Assembly (NCBI RefSeq): GCF_009914755.1
Contig: NC_060925.1
Length of the DNA stretch: 64,000 bases
Strand: one strand, 5' to 3'
DNA from: the human T2T-CHM13v2.0 reference genome, Homo sapiens
In this document: piece after piece, positions 1 to 16,313 of the stretch
How positions within the stretch are numbered: the first letter of the stretch is position 1
How the letters are laid out: each line of letters begins with the position of its first letter
Position numbers and translations under genes: made by a program
The notes under the pieces: model-generated
Databases searched by the model: none
Told to the model about the DNA's origin: nothing
The model's input: only the letters and a program-made list of their open reading frames with translations

Positions 1-12
1 AAAGTGAGAGTC

Positions 13-300
13 TGGGTACGGTGGCTCATGCCTATAATCCCAGCACTTTGGGAGGCTGAGTCAAGGGGATCACCTGAGGTCAGGTGTTCAAGACCAGCCT
101 GGTCGACATGGTGAAACCCCATCTCTACTAAAAATACAAAAATTAGCCCGGCATGGTGGCACAGGACTGTAGTCCCAGCTACTCAGAGGCTAAGGCAAGA
201 GAATCACTTGAACCCGGGAGGCAGAGGTTACAGTGAGCTGAGATCGTGTCACTGCACTTCAGACATCAGAGCAAGACTCCGTCTCGAAATAAAATAAAAA
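13..300 (+). mobile_element. Alu (S)
   Basis: Alu consensus with A tail. Confidence 0.92.
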
Positions 301-610
301 TGTAAACAGAGATAAACAAGACTTAAAAAGAACTTAATTGGGTTTTGATGCAGGAGTCTTAGTATTATTATATAATGACAAACATCCTCCCTAAACTAAT
401 ATATACATTTTAAGTGATCACTAAAAATAAGAACAAACCTTTTAATGTAAGCTGTTTTAAAGTTCATAGGAGAATAATAATAATATTTATGATTTTCAGA
501 AAAAAATATTCTAAAAAAGGGGGTACTAGTCCTCTCGAAAGTTAAACATATTATAAAGCAATAGTAGCCAAAATGTCTAGTGTATCAATAGATATAAAGA
601 CCAATCAACA

Positions 611-890
611 GGCTGGACACAGTGGCTCACACCTGTAATCCCAGCACTTTGGGAGGCCTATGCAGGCAGATCACCTGAGGCCAGGAGTTCAAGACCAGCC
701 TGGCCAACTAAAAATACAAAAAAAATTAGCTGGGCGTGGTGTTGCGTGTCTGTAATCCCAGCTATTGGGAAGTGCTGAGGCAGGAGGATCACTTGAGCCC
801 CGCAGGCTGAGGCTGCAATGGGCCAAGATCGTGCAACTGCACTCCAGCCTGGGCAACAGAGTGAGACTCCATCGCCAAAAAAAAAAAACA
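611..890 (+). mobile_element. Alu
   Basis: Alu consensus, internal deletion, A tail. Confidence 0.92.
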
Positions 891-1555
891 ACCAATTAAC
901 AAAAGAGTCTAGACAGACGTACATGCATATAGGAAGGCAGATTATCAGAAATGGCCCCTTCAAATCAATGGGAAAGAAGAACTGTCAAGACCTAAATTGG
1001 ATATTATTGAGGAACCATCTGGAGAAGGAAAATAATTCTAGATATCAACCTCATACATATCAAGAAATTCATCATTTCTTACATCAAAATGAATTTTAGC
1101 TGCATCAAAGATTTAAAAGTAAAATAAAAATTGGCTACTTAAAATGTTTAAATTCCTGCTAATAAACTCAGGAAAATAATTTTTATACCACATAAAACAG
1201 ACAATGGGCTAATTTCTATGTTACATAAGGATCTACAAATACTTTTTGTAAGTTTTACAATCAAAATAGGTAAACAGGAAAATGGGCAAAAGCACGATAA
1301 TCCATTCACAGAAAATACAAATAGTTTTAAAACAGAAAGATGTCAAACTTTTACCCACAATAGGAGAAATGCAAATTAAAACCACAAGATTCTTTTTTTT
1401 TCTCCTATCAGATTGGAAAAGAACAAAATATTTGATTAAAAGCAATCTTGGGGAGAATGTGGTGGGAAAGGCATTCCCCTTGGGAATACAGACTGGTACT
1501 ATCCCAGGGAAGGGCCATTTTGGCAGTATCTATACACATTAAAATGCTCATACCA

Positions 1556-1859
<304 letters not shown>

Positions 1860-1893
1860 TTACAAGACAGCAGATGAAACAATTGAGAAGCCA

Positions 1894-1895
<2 letters not shown>

Positions 1896-1947
<52 letters not shown>
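1896..1947. repeat. (CA)26 microsatellite
   Basis: Read directly. Confidence 0.97.
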
Positions 1948-2894
<947 letters not shown>

Positions 2895-4021
2895 CACTCA
2901 TACCTTTGACCCATCAATTTCTCTTCTAGGTTTCCATTCCTAAATCATATTTCCACAAAGAAAATAGAAGTACACAGAAAATCACTGGATTATTGTTTTT
3001 TATAGCCAAGGGCTGAAAATAATCTAAATGTCTTTCAGTAGGAGACTAGACAAATCAACGATGATACATTCATCTGGTGGAATACTGTGTAACTTAGAAT
3101 AAAGCATACCTCCTTCTGACCTAACTGACCTGAGATGAAGAGCAAACCATATTATGTTAAGTGGTTATTGGTGATGGTGTGGCATTTTAAGGCAAGATGT
3201 GGAACAATTTGTATGGCATACTAGCATTTCTGTAAAAAAAAAAAAAAATTCAGACATACCGATGGTAAGAAAGTGGCAATGACAATTAACTGTGGATGGT
3301 GACACTGGTAGATGAGGGAATGGGAATGGGTTTAGGAGAGCAGAGTGCTTTCCAATGAAACCCCTTAGCTGTGTGTGCATTTTCTATCTTGTGCACATAC
3401 TTCTTATAAATGAAAATAAATTTAATTCATTAAAAGTTAACGAAACTTTGTGAAATAACATATGGTATTTTTCAGTCCATCCTTGTAAATGTGCCCTTCC
3501 TGCTGTATGTACTCAGTTTTTATAGGTATTAAATCAAAAGCCAGCAGAAAACATATTCATTTGGAAGTTCTTTATAATATAACTTGGCATGTCTAAGATG
3601 CGTTCCCATTGATTTTTAAAAATTTTACCTTGTCTTCAATGCAAACGTAAATCTTTTATGCATTTATTTCGATTGATGTAAAAATAACTTCTTTGTATAG
3701 CATAGGCTTTCATATATGATATGACGTAGCTGCCCTACTTATGAAAGGGCACCCAGAAGCCAAGATCCCCGCTGGCAGATGCACCTTTGTAATAATAATA
3801 ATAGTACCTTGCTTTTTATAGTGTTTTGCATGTGGGCTGTCATTTAATCTTGATCATTTTTTTCCAGCTCTAAATTATAAGCACCTCTGTCTATATGTAA
3901 AGAACCGTTTTTCGCAATTCTTTATGTTTTCATAGATAAGAGAATTGCAGTCTTGGTATTGGCCCACCCTTCCTCCTTCCCTCCTTCCTTCTTTCCCTCC
4001 TCTTTATCCCTCCCTCTGTAG

Positions 4022-4604
<583 letters not shown>

Positions 4605-5099
4605 TCTTGTCACCTACTTCTTATTTAATGACACTAAATGTGTATTTTGAGTAGAAGCTGGACCTTTTTTATTTCTATTTTAGTTTTCTCTTTCTTCTAA
4701 GTTAAATTTTTAAAACATTTTAAACTGTTTTATTTGGATTTTCTGCTTTCATTTTTTTTCCACTAAAAACAGCTTTGTTGCTTTGAATCCTCTTTATATA
4801 ACTTATTGTCTTTGAAAATAGCCTTTTCTTTTTGTCCAGATTCTTCTTTCTATAGCATTTCTAGACATCTAATTTAAATAGAAATTAGTTATTTTCTGTA
4901 AGGCTTTTTTTCAGCCAGTTTCTTCCCATTCAGAGAGGAAAAAAATAGGAGATTTAGGAAAGCATGCCAGTTTCTTTCAAGCAAGTGTTGGCCTCTAGTG
5001 GATCAAAAGTGCTACACACTTTCTGTCTACTTTGGCATTCCGTGAAGAACTCTATATTTTGGGGAAACAATAAAACAGATTGCTAGTACTGAAGAAAAA

Positions 5100-7460
5100 A
5101 AAGGAAAATACACTTCCTTTTGACAAATAGCATAAATTAATTGATAAAAATGACAAAATAGCATTAACAGAATTTGCTACCTGATAAATTTAAAACTTAG
5201 AAGTGTAAAAATACATCATAAATAAAATTCTAAGTCAAATAACAAACTGGAAAACACTTCTAATAAATATGACCTACAGATAGCAAAACACTTTTAATAA
5301 ATTAAGAGTTTTTACAAATCAACAAACTATAAGAATGGATAAGCTTTTGCATGGTTTCCACTTATAAGATCAACTTACAAAAGCCATAGCATTTCTCTGT
5401 AGCAGCAATAATCAACTAGAAAAATTTAAAAGGAGATACAATCTACGGAAATAAAACAATAAAATATATGGGGACTAACTGAACCAGAATATACAATATC
5501 TCTGGGGTGGGGGAAGCTTCTAAATGCCAGTAAAGGACACAGATGATTATATAAATATATGGTTTAAAACAGGCTGATTTAATTTTCCAAGATGTCAAAG
5601 TTTTTTGAGTTAGACTTAATTCACCTAAATCCAATTAAATCTCATTCAAACGTCCAGTTTTCTTTTAGATAAACTAAATAAATTTATTCTAAAATTTATC
5701 TGGAAGAATAAATGTCCATAAATAGGTCAACCCTTTAAAAAGAAGAGTATAAAAACAGGACGTGTCCTGTCAGATACTAAGACATAGAACAATGTCAATA
5801 ATAAAAAGTATGAATTGTGAAGAACAAATAACTAGACCAATGAAACAGAAGAGAGAGTTTAGAAACAGATCCATACACTCATGGGAACTTATACATAATA
5901 AAAATAGCACCACTAATCAATGAAGAAAAGACATAGATTTTAAAACAGACAATGTTAGTGAAACTTATTCACGTATGGAAAAAAATAAAACTAGATTTCT
6001 ACCTAACACCAAATAACAAAGGTGAACTTCAACAGACCAAAAACCTAAATGTAAAAGGGAAGAAACTATAAAAATTAATGGAAGGTAACATAACAGAGTA
6101 TACTGGTGATCTAGGGTGGGAAAAGACTTCTTAAACAAAATTTGCAAAGCACAAATCATAAGGCAAACAATAAATGTATTTACATCAAACTTGGAGATTT
6201 CTATACAATACAGGAATAATCAGCAAATTTAGCAGACACATGACAGAATAGGAGAAGACATCTCAAGGTCTAAAATTGATCTGCATCTAATATCTAGAAT
6301 AGTTTTCTCCAATGGAACTTTCTGCAATAATGAATATGTTCTAAATCTACACAGTCCAATATGGTAGCCACTAACCACATGTGGCTATTGAGCACTAAAT
6401 GAAAATAAGAAGAATTAAATGTAATACACAGTACCATTTGATTTATATAAATTGAAAATGCATGTTTACAATAACACACACTTAACAAGAACTCGTATAA
6501 CTGAAAGAGTATTCACTGAACACACTAGGAAGCTTGGAAGCTTGCATTTGTGTGTCGTGGGGCAGCGGGAGAGGAAAATGGGAATCAGGAATCAGGATAA
6601 AAGGGAATGATGCTGATAATTTCCATGAAAAGAGGATATTATTTAACTCAATCCTCTGTAGCTGAGGTCTAACAAAAATGAAAAGAAAGAAAAGCCTTAA
6701 GAATCTAATAGAAAAAAAAGAACAGAATATAAAGAATTAACATACAAAATAGATGTAAATAAGAAAAAAAACACAAGAAAGTCAATGTTCAACTTCTTAT
6801 TATCCAAAGAAACAAAATGGAAAAGAAGAGTAAATAACATTTTCACCCATCATATAGTAAAAAAAAAAAAATTAGTAAAAATATCGTTCATTTTTGGGAG
6901 AATTTTCAAAGAAGCAGGCCTAAGAGCCGGTATTTAAATTGACAAGACCTTCCTGGAGGGCGATCTGTTAGTGTATATCAAGAACATTAAAGATAAAAAC
7001 AATCAAAGCTTTTAACTCTGCAATTCCTCTTCAAGGAATTAATCCTAAGTAGATTATTGGATAAGAAAATAAAGATATAAGTATGCCTACCATTAACAAT
7101 AAAAGATAAATACAAGCCGAACACCCAATAATAGGTGCAGTGTTAAATCATTATGAGTCATTCATAATGAAGGAATATATAATAGGACATGTTCAAAGAA
7201 CATGTACTGCACAGGAAAACACTCAGGAAATACTGACATATGAGAAAATATGCAACATTTTATTTATGTCTATTATAAAGCCAAGTTTTTTTAAATATGT
7301 GTACACACACAGGCATTAAAAACAGTGCCAGGAAATACAGAAGATGTTAATAGTAGTGATTTCTGGATATAACAGTAGGATTACTGGAGATTTTTGTTTT
7401 CTTCTTGATACATTTCTGTATTTTCCTGTGGTCACTATCAAAAAAATGTGTTTCTATTAT
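5100..7460 (+). mobile_element. Degraded L1M fragments (with a MER3-like hAT piece at ~6295-6410)
   Basis: ctagaccaatgaaacaga...gaaacagatcc; gcaattcctcttcaaggaatt; atggtagccactaaccacatgtggctattgagcac. Confidence 0.6.
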
Positions 7461-8432
7461 AATTAGAAGATACACATTGATTTAGGAGGCATGGAGGCAT
7501 CTTAATTTGCAGTAAGTGGGTAACTCGAGAAAGAAGGACATGACCTTTAGTCTAAGCAAAAATACTACCTAAGGATGACAAAGTAATTCCTAGCATCAGT
7601 AGGAGCCAGACCTTTAAAAAATACACAGGAGAAAAAGAAAGGTGGGCAGGACCCGTGGTCCATGAGGACTCCCACTGCTACAGCGAGATCTTTCAATGGG
7701 GCTGCAATGTGCCAGGAAAACCTAAGCCATAGATGGTCTGCGTTCTGCTCACGTTCACTCTCAAAAGGTCACCTAAACTGAGGATTTTTTGATGAATAGA
7801 GCCAGTGCCCTTTTCAAGAATAAAGGTGCTTTATATATAACTACAATTTCTACCCAAAACAAGATTTCTAAGTAGTTCTGATCATTTCTAGAAAGCTGTA
7901 TAGCAGCATTTCACCAGTATGAGTTACACATACCTGAAGGTTACCTGAAGGTTTGAAAAAGTCATTATAATAGTTGCAGAGTTACTGAAGATTGGCTTAT
8001 AAAGATAAAATGGCAATGAGATTAAGGGACTTATATCTGAGTTACGCAAGCCCAGAAATGCTTTTGCCAAAAAGGATTTACGGAATTTCACACTGCCTTA
8101 CAGGAATTTTGACGTGGAAAACCTAAGTTTATGCCTAAGGGAGACAGATACACAGTGGAATGCAGTGGGTTCACTGTGACTAAGACATTTCTTGACCCAA
8201 GCCTCTGTAGCTGATGATCTGGTCTCCAGTGAGCAGAAATATCTCAGCCTAGAGAGACCAGCTGTAGGTGGTGTGTGTAGAAAAGAAATACAACTCCTAA
8301 ACAACTCTTGATAGTTAATGAGCTCAAATTTTCATTTTGGAAGAGTAATTGGATTTATCAGCAGTAGTAGTGGACAAAGGTCCTACCAACAAGGATACTG
8401 GACATCATAAAGGTACTCATAAAACAGTAGTG

Positions 8433-8582
8433 GAGACCAGACATGGTGGCTCAGGTCTGTAATCCCAGCATTTTGGGAGGCTTAGATGGGAGGATCACTT
8501 GAGGCCAGGAGTTCGATACTAGCCTGGTCAACATAGCCAGTACCCCATCTCTTTGAATTTTTCACTTAAAAAAAAAATAAAA
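8433..8582 (+). mobile_element. Alu monomer (FLAM-like)
   Basis: Left-arm sequence plus A tail. Confidence 0.8.
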
Positions 8583-10342
8583 GAACACTGAGCATCTCTT
8601 AGATGGAAAAGGGAGATTCCAGAAAGTAGGGGAGGGAACAGCAAGGAAGACTAGAGGGCACCAGTGTGAGAACAAGTCAGCTACCCATCCTAGTCTTGTG
8701 ATAAAACTTGATCATAAAAAATAGTAGAATAAATGAGATTTGCTTCTAGTTTCATTTTAAAAAAGAAAAAAAAAATAGAATAGAAATTAAAAATACATAT
8801 CACTTTATTATAGACTGAGACACAAAGATTTATGAAAACCTATATATTTCATAAAATTATATATTTTTTAGTTTATGAACACAAAGCAGAGTAAAAGTGA
8901 GCTCTATTACAACCTGGTAAGATTTTTTGAAAGCTAAATGAAACAAATGTTTAGAAAACAAATTTTTATTAATATAGGGAGATGATTCATAATGAAACAG
9001 CTCAAAAAAGCAGAATAATGTTGCTCAAAGTTCAGAGGAAAAGACAGTGGGAACTTTAGAGCTATGAGTCCCTCTGTTTGCAAATGTGGAGCAAAAACTC
9101 TGGCGCAAAATGGCACCCTTGGATGTCATGACTGCCCACAAAGCTGGAGGCCCAGGACCTGTAAAGCAAGATCACGTCCAGTGACATTCAGTTTTGTCGA
9201 GTAAGACCTACTTCATCCTTGTGATCACTCACTCTATAACTGTCTAATAAACACTTTCCATGAAGCGGGCCCTTTGCAAGGTTTAACAAGATCACCGTTT
9301 CCCAGTGCTCTGATGTTGGAATTTGCCACAAGTGTAAGAAAGGTGTTTTTGGGGTGTGAAAAAAGCCTTTTCCAATGCCCGCTTCCATACTGGGTCTCCC
9401 TTCCTGCCGAAGCAGATTTAATTGTTTTCATAGTACTATGTTCCCATTTCTGTTGTGATACCCTTTTATTTCATAGTAAGCTGTTTGGTGCTTCGGGTCT
9501 ATCTCCCCTCTAAGCTGAGCTCCTCGGGCAAAAGGACAACGTTCATCCTTGTATCTGTAGATCTTAGGGGGTGTCTTGCACATTGTAAGCACTCTGTAAC
9601 CATTTGGCAATATTCAGCTCTGCCTATAGGCCTGTGGCTCTTCAAGCCTCAGTTTCCTGATGAGTGAAGTGGATCTGACAATACCTCCTGCTTCACAGAG
9701 TTATAATGAGAATCAAGCAAGAGTCCTGTGGCAGCCCTTGGCACAGGCAGGTACTTGTGGCGACACAGGTCTTCTGGGCATTCAGCCCTTCCTCTCCTGG
9801 TAGAAGCACTTTGTTTTCTTTTGGGAAATCCCCTTTTTGCTATTCTTATGCCATGTGGTTTCAGTGTGCTGAAGTCTACCTGCCCCTTCCCCAGCCCTGT
9901 TTTCCAGGGTTGAGTATGTGCAAAGCCAGGTCAATTACAGCCGGTGAACATTTGCTCAGGGCCTTCTCCTGAAACAACTGGGAAAAGGTTCTCTGGAGTC
10001 ATAGGGTAACTTAGATATTAAGCTTTGAGCTGCAAATTTGCCCACATAAATAGCCTGCCTGTGAACACTCTAAGGTTTCCTAAGATGCCATTAATTACAA
10101 GATATACCATTATTTTCTACACTTCTAACGATAAAGAAATGTAATAAGAAATTGTACATTGCATTTTGATTTCAGACATGTGAAAAAGAAAAACATGCAT
10201 TTTAAAATTGACGAGATATGGTAAAACCAGCACAGAAGAAAAAGAGATGAAGAGACGCCAGTCCTAATGATATTGTTTGATCCCTCAAGTCCATCTGAGC
10301 CTAAATTCTTGAGTTATTCCCGCACTTTCCAGGAACAAGAGA

Positions 10343-10730
10343 GTGTATTTGTTTGTTAGGGCTGCTGTAACAACCATAAACTGATTGGCTTAAACAACTG
10401 GAATGTATTGCTTCACAGTTCTGGAGGCTAGAAGTCCCAGGTCAAGGTGCAGGGTTTGTTTCTCCCGAGGGCTGTGAGGAAAGGATCTGTTCAACGCTTC
10501 TCTCCCTGGCTTGTAAATGGTTGTCTTCTCCCTACGTTATTTCACAGCTTCCCTCCATGTGTATCTTTGCCCAAATTTTTCCTTCTCATAAAAACATCAG
10601 TCAAATTGGATTAGCTCCTCACCCCCAACCCTCCAGTAATGACCTTATTTTAACTTGATTACCTCTGCAAAGACCCTATCTCCAAATAAGGTCACATTCT
10701 GAGGTATTGGGGTCGTTATAGAACCTGTAA
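10343..10730 (-). mobile_element. MLT1-family MaLR LTR
   Basis: agggctgctgtaaca...cacagttctggaggctagaagtcc...caaagaccctatctccaaataaggtcacattctgagg. Confidence 0.8.
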
Positions 10731-12320
10731 CAGAAGGAATGCATTCCCTTCATACAAAAACCAAGTTGAGGTGGGTTTCTGTCATTTACCACCAAGACTT
10801 CTGCTCAGTAAAATTTAATTTCCTTCCCTTAGGTAACTAAAAGTTCTTTAAAATCCCAGCAAGTTTTCAGAAATGAATGATAATATGCATGAGCAAAATT
10901 TTAATTTAATCAGTTCCGTTCCTTCTGAGTCATTCTTGAGGGAGACCAGAGGTTCAGGACGAGATACCGTAGGATGAGACCCGGGCTCTAATTTTGATTC
11001 TTCCGTTACAAATGAAGTTGGCCAAATCAATTAAAAAAAGAACAGCAATTTCATTTTAAAGGAAAGTAGCATGAGACTGTGAAGAGGACATTAATCTAAG
11101 GATGAAAATATCTCCTTTAGATAAAAGATTCTGACTCCACCACTTGTTCTGTGATATTAGGTGAGCCACTGAATGATCCAGGCCTCGTCTTCTGAAGACC
11201 AAATGGAAATGCATGTGAAAGCTCTTGACAAACTATACATCGTGTCCATGACTACGTTTTGGGGGCTTTTTCTCACTTCACTGTTGAGTGTCGCAGTCCA
11301 GACACTAGACTCTATACAATTTAAATGGATTATCTCATGTAATCTTCACGATCTTATGAAGCAGTTCAATTAGCTCTATTGTTCCTCCCAGTTTTCAAAT
11401 AAGGAAAATGGAAAATTATTTATTTATTTTCATTTTATTCTGTTGATCAAATTATTGGGTCAATGTGCAATGGCTCACTTAGACTAGTGCAGTCTTGGTT
11501 TAAGTCATTTCAGAGGTTACATTATGCTCCGCGGTCACCCCAATCAAATAGAGATGGGGAACTTTTCCTAAAGTCAGCAAATTAACAGCTAATACATTAC
11601 ACAGCCCAGATTTGAATTCAAGCAAGGTAGGCTAGACATTAAGCTCTTAACTGAGCTGGTATATAAGGGATAATGGAAGCTATCTATGGAGATATACTGA
11701 TAGATGTATATATAGATATACAAAAGACCAATGGAAAAACTGGCCACAGATGTTTGTTAAAAATACTTATTAGATTTTAAATGACGGAATTAAAGCATGT
11801 GTTTATCCTCTGCTTCTGAAAATAGAACTGCTGGCTGAGTAAGTCCCCTGGAGGCTGAAAGACCAATAAGTGGACAGAAATTCATTACTCTTTTATTCTG
11901 AGACCAGCTGCTTCATGCGGAATCTGGCACTTACCATACAAGGACCACTCTTAGCTTTATAATCAATGTGACGCCTTTGTTTAGCTGAGCCTCTCCATCT
12001 TGTATTTCTCCTCACTAAGCATTCTGTTGCTGGCTGTAATTCTCACTGTGTTGATGTATTGATGTCTATTTCATTTTTCCAGGTTATATTTCACTGAGTT
12101 TTCAATAGAAATGTCCCTTTTTGCTACCTAGTGAGTGGGTGTCCTTCAGCAGCTTACCACTTTGGAACTATTATTCTGATATCCCATTGCAAGTCACACT
12201 TTGTCATTAAAGTCAAAAGAGCAATATCCATTTCACTCCTATGACTAAGTCCCAAGTTCACCAAGAAAGTGGGTAGCATTCTCTGAACTTTTTGTATTTT
12301 TAATTTTTTTAAAAAAACAA

Positions 12321-12377
12321 AAGCAAAAAGTTGAAGCATGGAGATAAGCAAAAAGTTGAAGCATGGAGATAAGCAAA
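12321..12377. repeat. 25-bp perfect tandem duplication (2.3 copies)
   Basis: aagcaaaaagttgaagcatggagat x2 + aagcaaa. Confidence 0.95.
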
Positions 12378-13719
12378 TTCACTTGGGCCATGAGAAAGTC
12401 GTGGTAACACTGAAAATCATGAGAGAAGCAAGTGCTGCTCCAACGGTAAGAAGAGAAGCTTCCTCAGTCTGAACCACTGGGCCCAGGATGTATGACTTAT
12501 TAAAGATCTCATACAAGAATGAAGAGTTAGCCTGGCTGTGATTGCAGAGGCCCTCTCCCACTCATTCACCTTGAGCTCACCTGGGAGTAGCTTTGAAGGC
12601 CAAGGTCAGAAAAATGTATCTTTGGATCCAAACATTCTCAGGATTGTGCCTATTGTCTTTTTGATTCCACAACTCCATGACAGCCTGCTACCAGCTGGAA
12701 CTATGTATTCCTCCTCCTCTCTGGATCTTTGCTATTCACTGGGTACATTCTTCCCACTATGTGTCATAGTGAAGAATATAGCCATTTGGAGTCAGACAGA
12801 TACTAGCTTGAATCACATCACATAACAGCTTTAGGTCTATGACACTATTACCTGCTTCTCTCTGCTTCCGCTTTTTTCTTCTGTAAATGAGGGTAGCAAT
12901 AGTTATCTTCCAGAGCTATTACGAGGATTACATGAGGTAGCACATGCAAAACATGGTAGATTATAAAAAAAGTTGTTCCTTTTCTTTCTTTTTCCCAAAT
13001 CATCCAAAGGGGATTTAGTCAATTGGTAACTCTGAAAATGTTAACATAATATCTATCTCTCCACAGATAAATACATATGCTAGCTATCCAAAGGTAAGTT
13101 AAAAGCACAGATTCCACAGCCAAACTACACAGGGTTCAAATCCCTTTGTACTTCAGTTGTCACACTTGTAAAATGGGGATAACAAATGTGCCATCCTCAT
13201 AGCATCGTTAGGAGTGGTAAACAAATTAAGGATGTAAATATATACAACTAACCTGAAAAATACTAATTGTTCCCTAAGTATTATAATTCAAGACTCTAAT
13301 AGTAACACTTATTATTTAGATAGATAGGTACTGTCGATGCTAATATATCAATCACCTCCAAGAAAGCTTTGCCAAAGACCTATGCCAGTTTCCCTAAAAT
13401 GTATATTTTGGAGCCAGAGATAATATTTTTTAGAAGTGTCATTCTGCAAAAATGCATTTCATAGTTTTTTTTTTTTTTGGTGAAGGACAAAAACAGAGGC
13501 TATTTAAAATCGTTTTCCCTCTGCAGTAGGGAATGAGGACAGCATTTACTCTTTCTGCATTCTCTGTCCTAGATTATTCAAATAATACTCATCCTGATAA
13601 CTTTGGAGTTGTTTAATTTCACTGTAAAACAGCTTTGAAAACAGCTATATTGCCCAAACATCTAAGTTCTAAAAACATCAGTGTCTCTTTTAGATCCAGG
13701 CTGTTAGCTAATTTCAATA

Positions 13720-14200
13720 TTCATTTGTCTATTCAACCAGAAGTTTACTGGAGTTTACTATGTGCCAGACAATGTTATAGGAGATAGGTAAAAATCCCTG
13801 CTCTTATAGAGCTTTCATTATAGTGAGGTGAGAGATGCTCAATTAACAAATAGATAACTAGAATATGTAATTTGTCCAATTATGGTATGTATCATGGAGA
13901 AAAATAAATCAGGGAAAGGAAAATTAGGTATCCCAAAGTAGGGATAGGAATTGCAATTTTAAATAGCATAATTGGAGAATATCTCACTGAGAAGAAACCT
14001 ATGTGTATTACTGAGCGAAGTAAAGGACCAAGCTACGGGGCTATCTGTTGGAAGAGCATTCTGGGAAGAAGGAACAGCGTATGCAAAGCCCTAGAGGTGG
14101 GAGTGTACCTGGCATATTCAAAGAATGGCACGGAGGCTAGATGGCTAAAGTAGAGTGGGCAAGAGCAAGAAGAGTGGGAGTTGAAGTCACATGCACATGA
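13720..14200. mobile_element. L2 fragment
   Basis: cattt...attcaaccagaagtttact...tactatgtgccagac; agagcattctgggaagaaggaacagc. Confidence 0.65.
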
Positions 14201-15391
14201 AGTTACAAGAATGTTCACAGAAGCAGTAGTAATAGAATCTTGAAACCACTCAGATATCTATCAATAGTGGAATGAATAAATTATAATGTACTTACATAAT
14301 GGAATTCTACATTGAAATACAAACAAAAAACAAACTATAGGTGCTCTCGATAATACAGATGAATCTCACAAACATGATGTTGAGTAAAAGAGGCCAAATG
14401 CTAAAGGATAAAAACTGCATCATTTCTTTTATATACATTTCACAAACGAGGCAACACTTGCAGTAAAAAGGCAGATTAGTAGTTAGGACAGAGATATCTG
14501 ATTGGAAACGAGCTACGAAGTGTCTTCTGGGAGGGACCAAGTAGAAGCAATATATGTTCATTTTGTGATAATTTGCTTAGGATTTATGCTTTCTGTATGT
14601 ATGTTTTACATATATAATATAATGTAATAGTAATACAATATTACTATTTATAACAGTAAATGGAGGAATTTGAGACAGGAAGTACAGGATTTTTTTTTTC
14701 AAAAAGTTTTACGATAACAGGAGCAGAGAAATGAGGGGAATACTGAAGGGTTATTTTAAAGATGGAAGAAATGACTGTTACGGAAAGCTCACTTACTCAT
14801 ATTTACCATTGCTGCAAAACACCTGTTCTATTGTTTACTTAATCGATTTTCAACTTAAATTTACTTAAAAAGCAAGTTTCATGTTAACACTGTGTCACTT
14901 GCCATAATAGAAATAACCGTAAAAATACAATGGACACAAAGTCATTCGATTAAAATAATTTAAAAATGTAAAAATAATTGAATGCAATCAAAATCAATCA
15001 AATTGAGCTGCAAAAATGAGCGCCTAAAAATAAGTTACTTAAACAGAAAACCAGAGCCGTTGATGATCAGTCAGAAGAAAAAGGATATTCTGTTCCATAT
15101 ATATGTAATAGTCACCAGCACTGTGCACAATTCCTTCATCTTCACCTTTACACTGCATACATACTGTTTTGAACACCTATCCACATTCATTTTAACAGAG
15201 GAGCAAAATAAAAACCTAGTCCCATATGAGGTGACAAGACGATGCTGACTTGCCCAACACTTGAGGTTGTCCCTTGTTCCCATGTCTCTGATTTGGAGGG
15301 AAGTTGAGCTTTAGAAAAAGCTTCCTAATGCTGCTGACTAAAAAGAACCCCCACTCCTATGTCTCTTCTTAGAAATTACTGGTGTATGCAT

Positions 15392-15394
<3 letters not shown>

Positions 15395-15431
<37 letters not shown>

Positions 15432-15444
15432 ATGTGTGTGTGTG
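15395..15444. repeat. (TG)n microsatellite
   Basis: Read directly. Confidence 0.95.
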
Positions 15445-15668
15445 GTGGGGAAGGTGCTGCTCAGCTGTGGTTCTAGCAACCCTGCCTGAAACCAGGCAAA
15501 GGCAGGAGGCCATCTAGAGGGCACCCACAACTCTCACTAGGCCCCAAGTCATTGGCTAAGTTCCATACTGTAGAAAACACTGCCCTATAACAATGGAGAC
15601 AGTATCTTCCAAGTTAAAAATCAGGCAACCTGATATTTCAACAAGATACAGTATTTAAAGATAAGAGC

Positions 15669-16070
<402 letters not shown>

Positions 16071-16133
16071 TTAAAATCAACACTAGTGCTACTGGGATGT
16101 GAAAATTCATAGACATAATCCCTGCCCTCAAAG

Positions 16134-16313
16134 TAAGGTTGCCAGATAAAATTACAGAATGCCAAGATAAATTTAAATTTCAGATAAACAGGGATTTCTT
16201 TTAGTATATGTCTCAAATATTGCATTAGATATATTAAAAATTTATCTGTTGTTCATCTGAAATTCAAATTTCTGGGTGTCCTACGTTATTATTTGCTAAA
16301 TCTGGCAACCCTA
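16134..16313. mobile_element. MER53-like hAT MITE
   Basis: TIRs taaggttgccaga / tctggcaacccta; 8-bp TSD cctcaaag / cctcaaaa. Confidence 0.85.
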
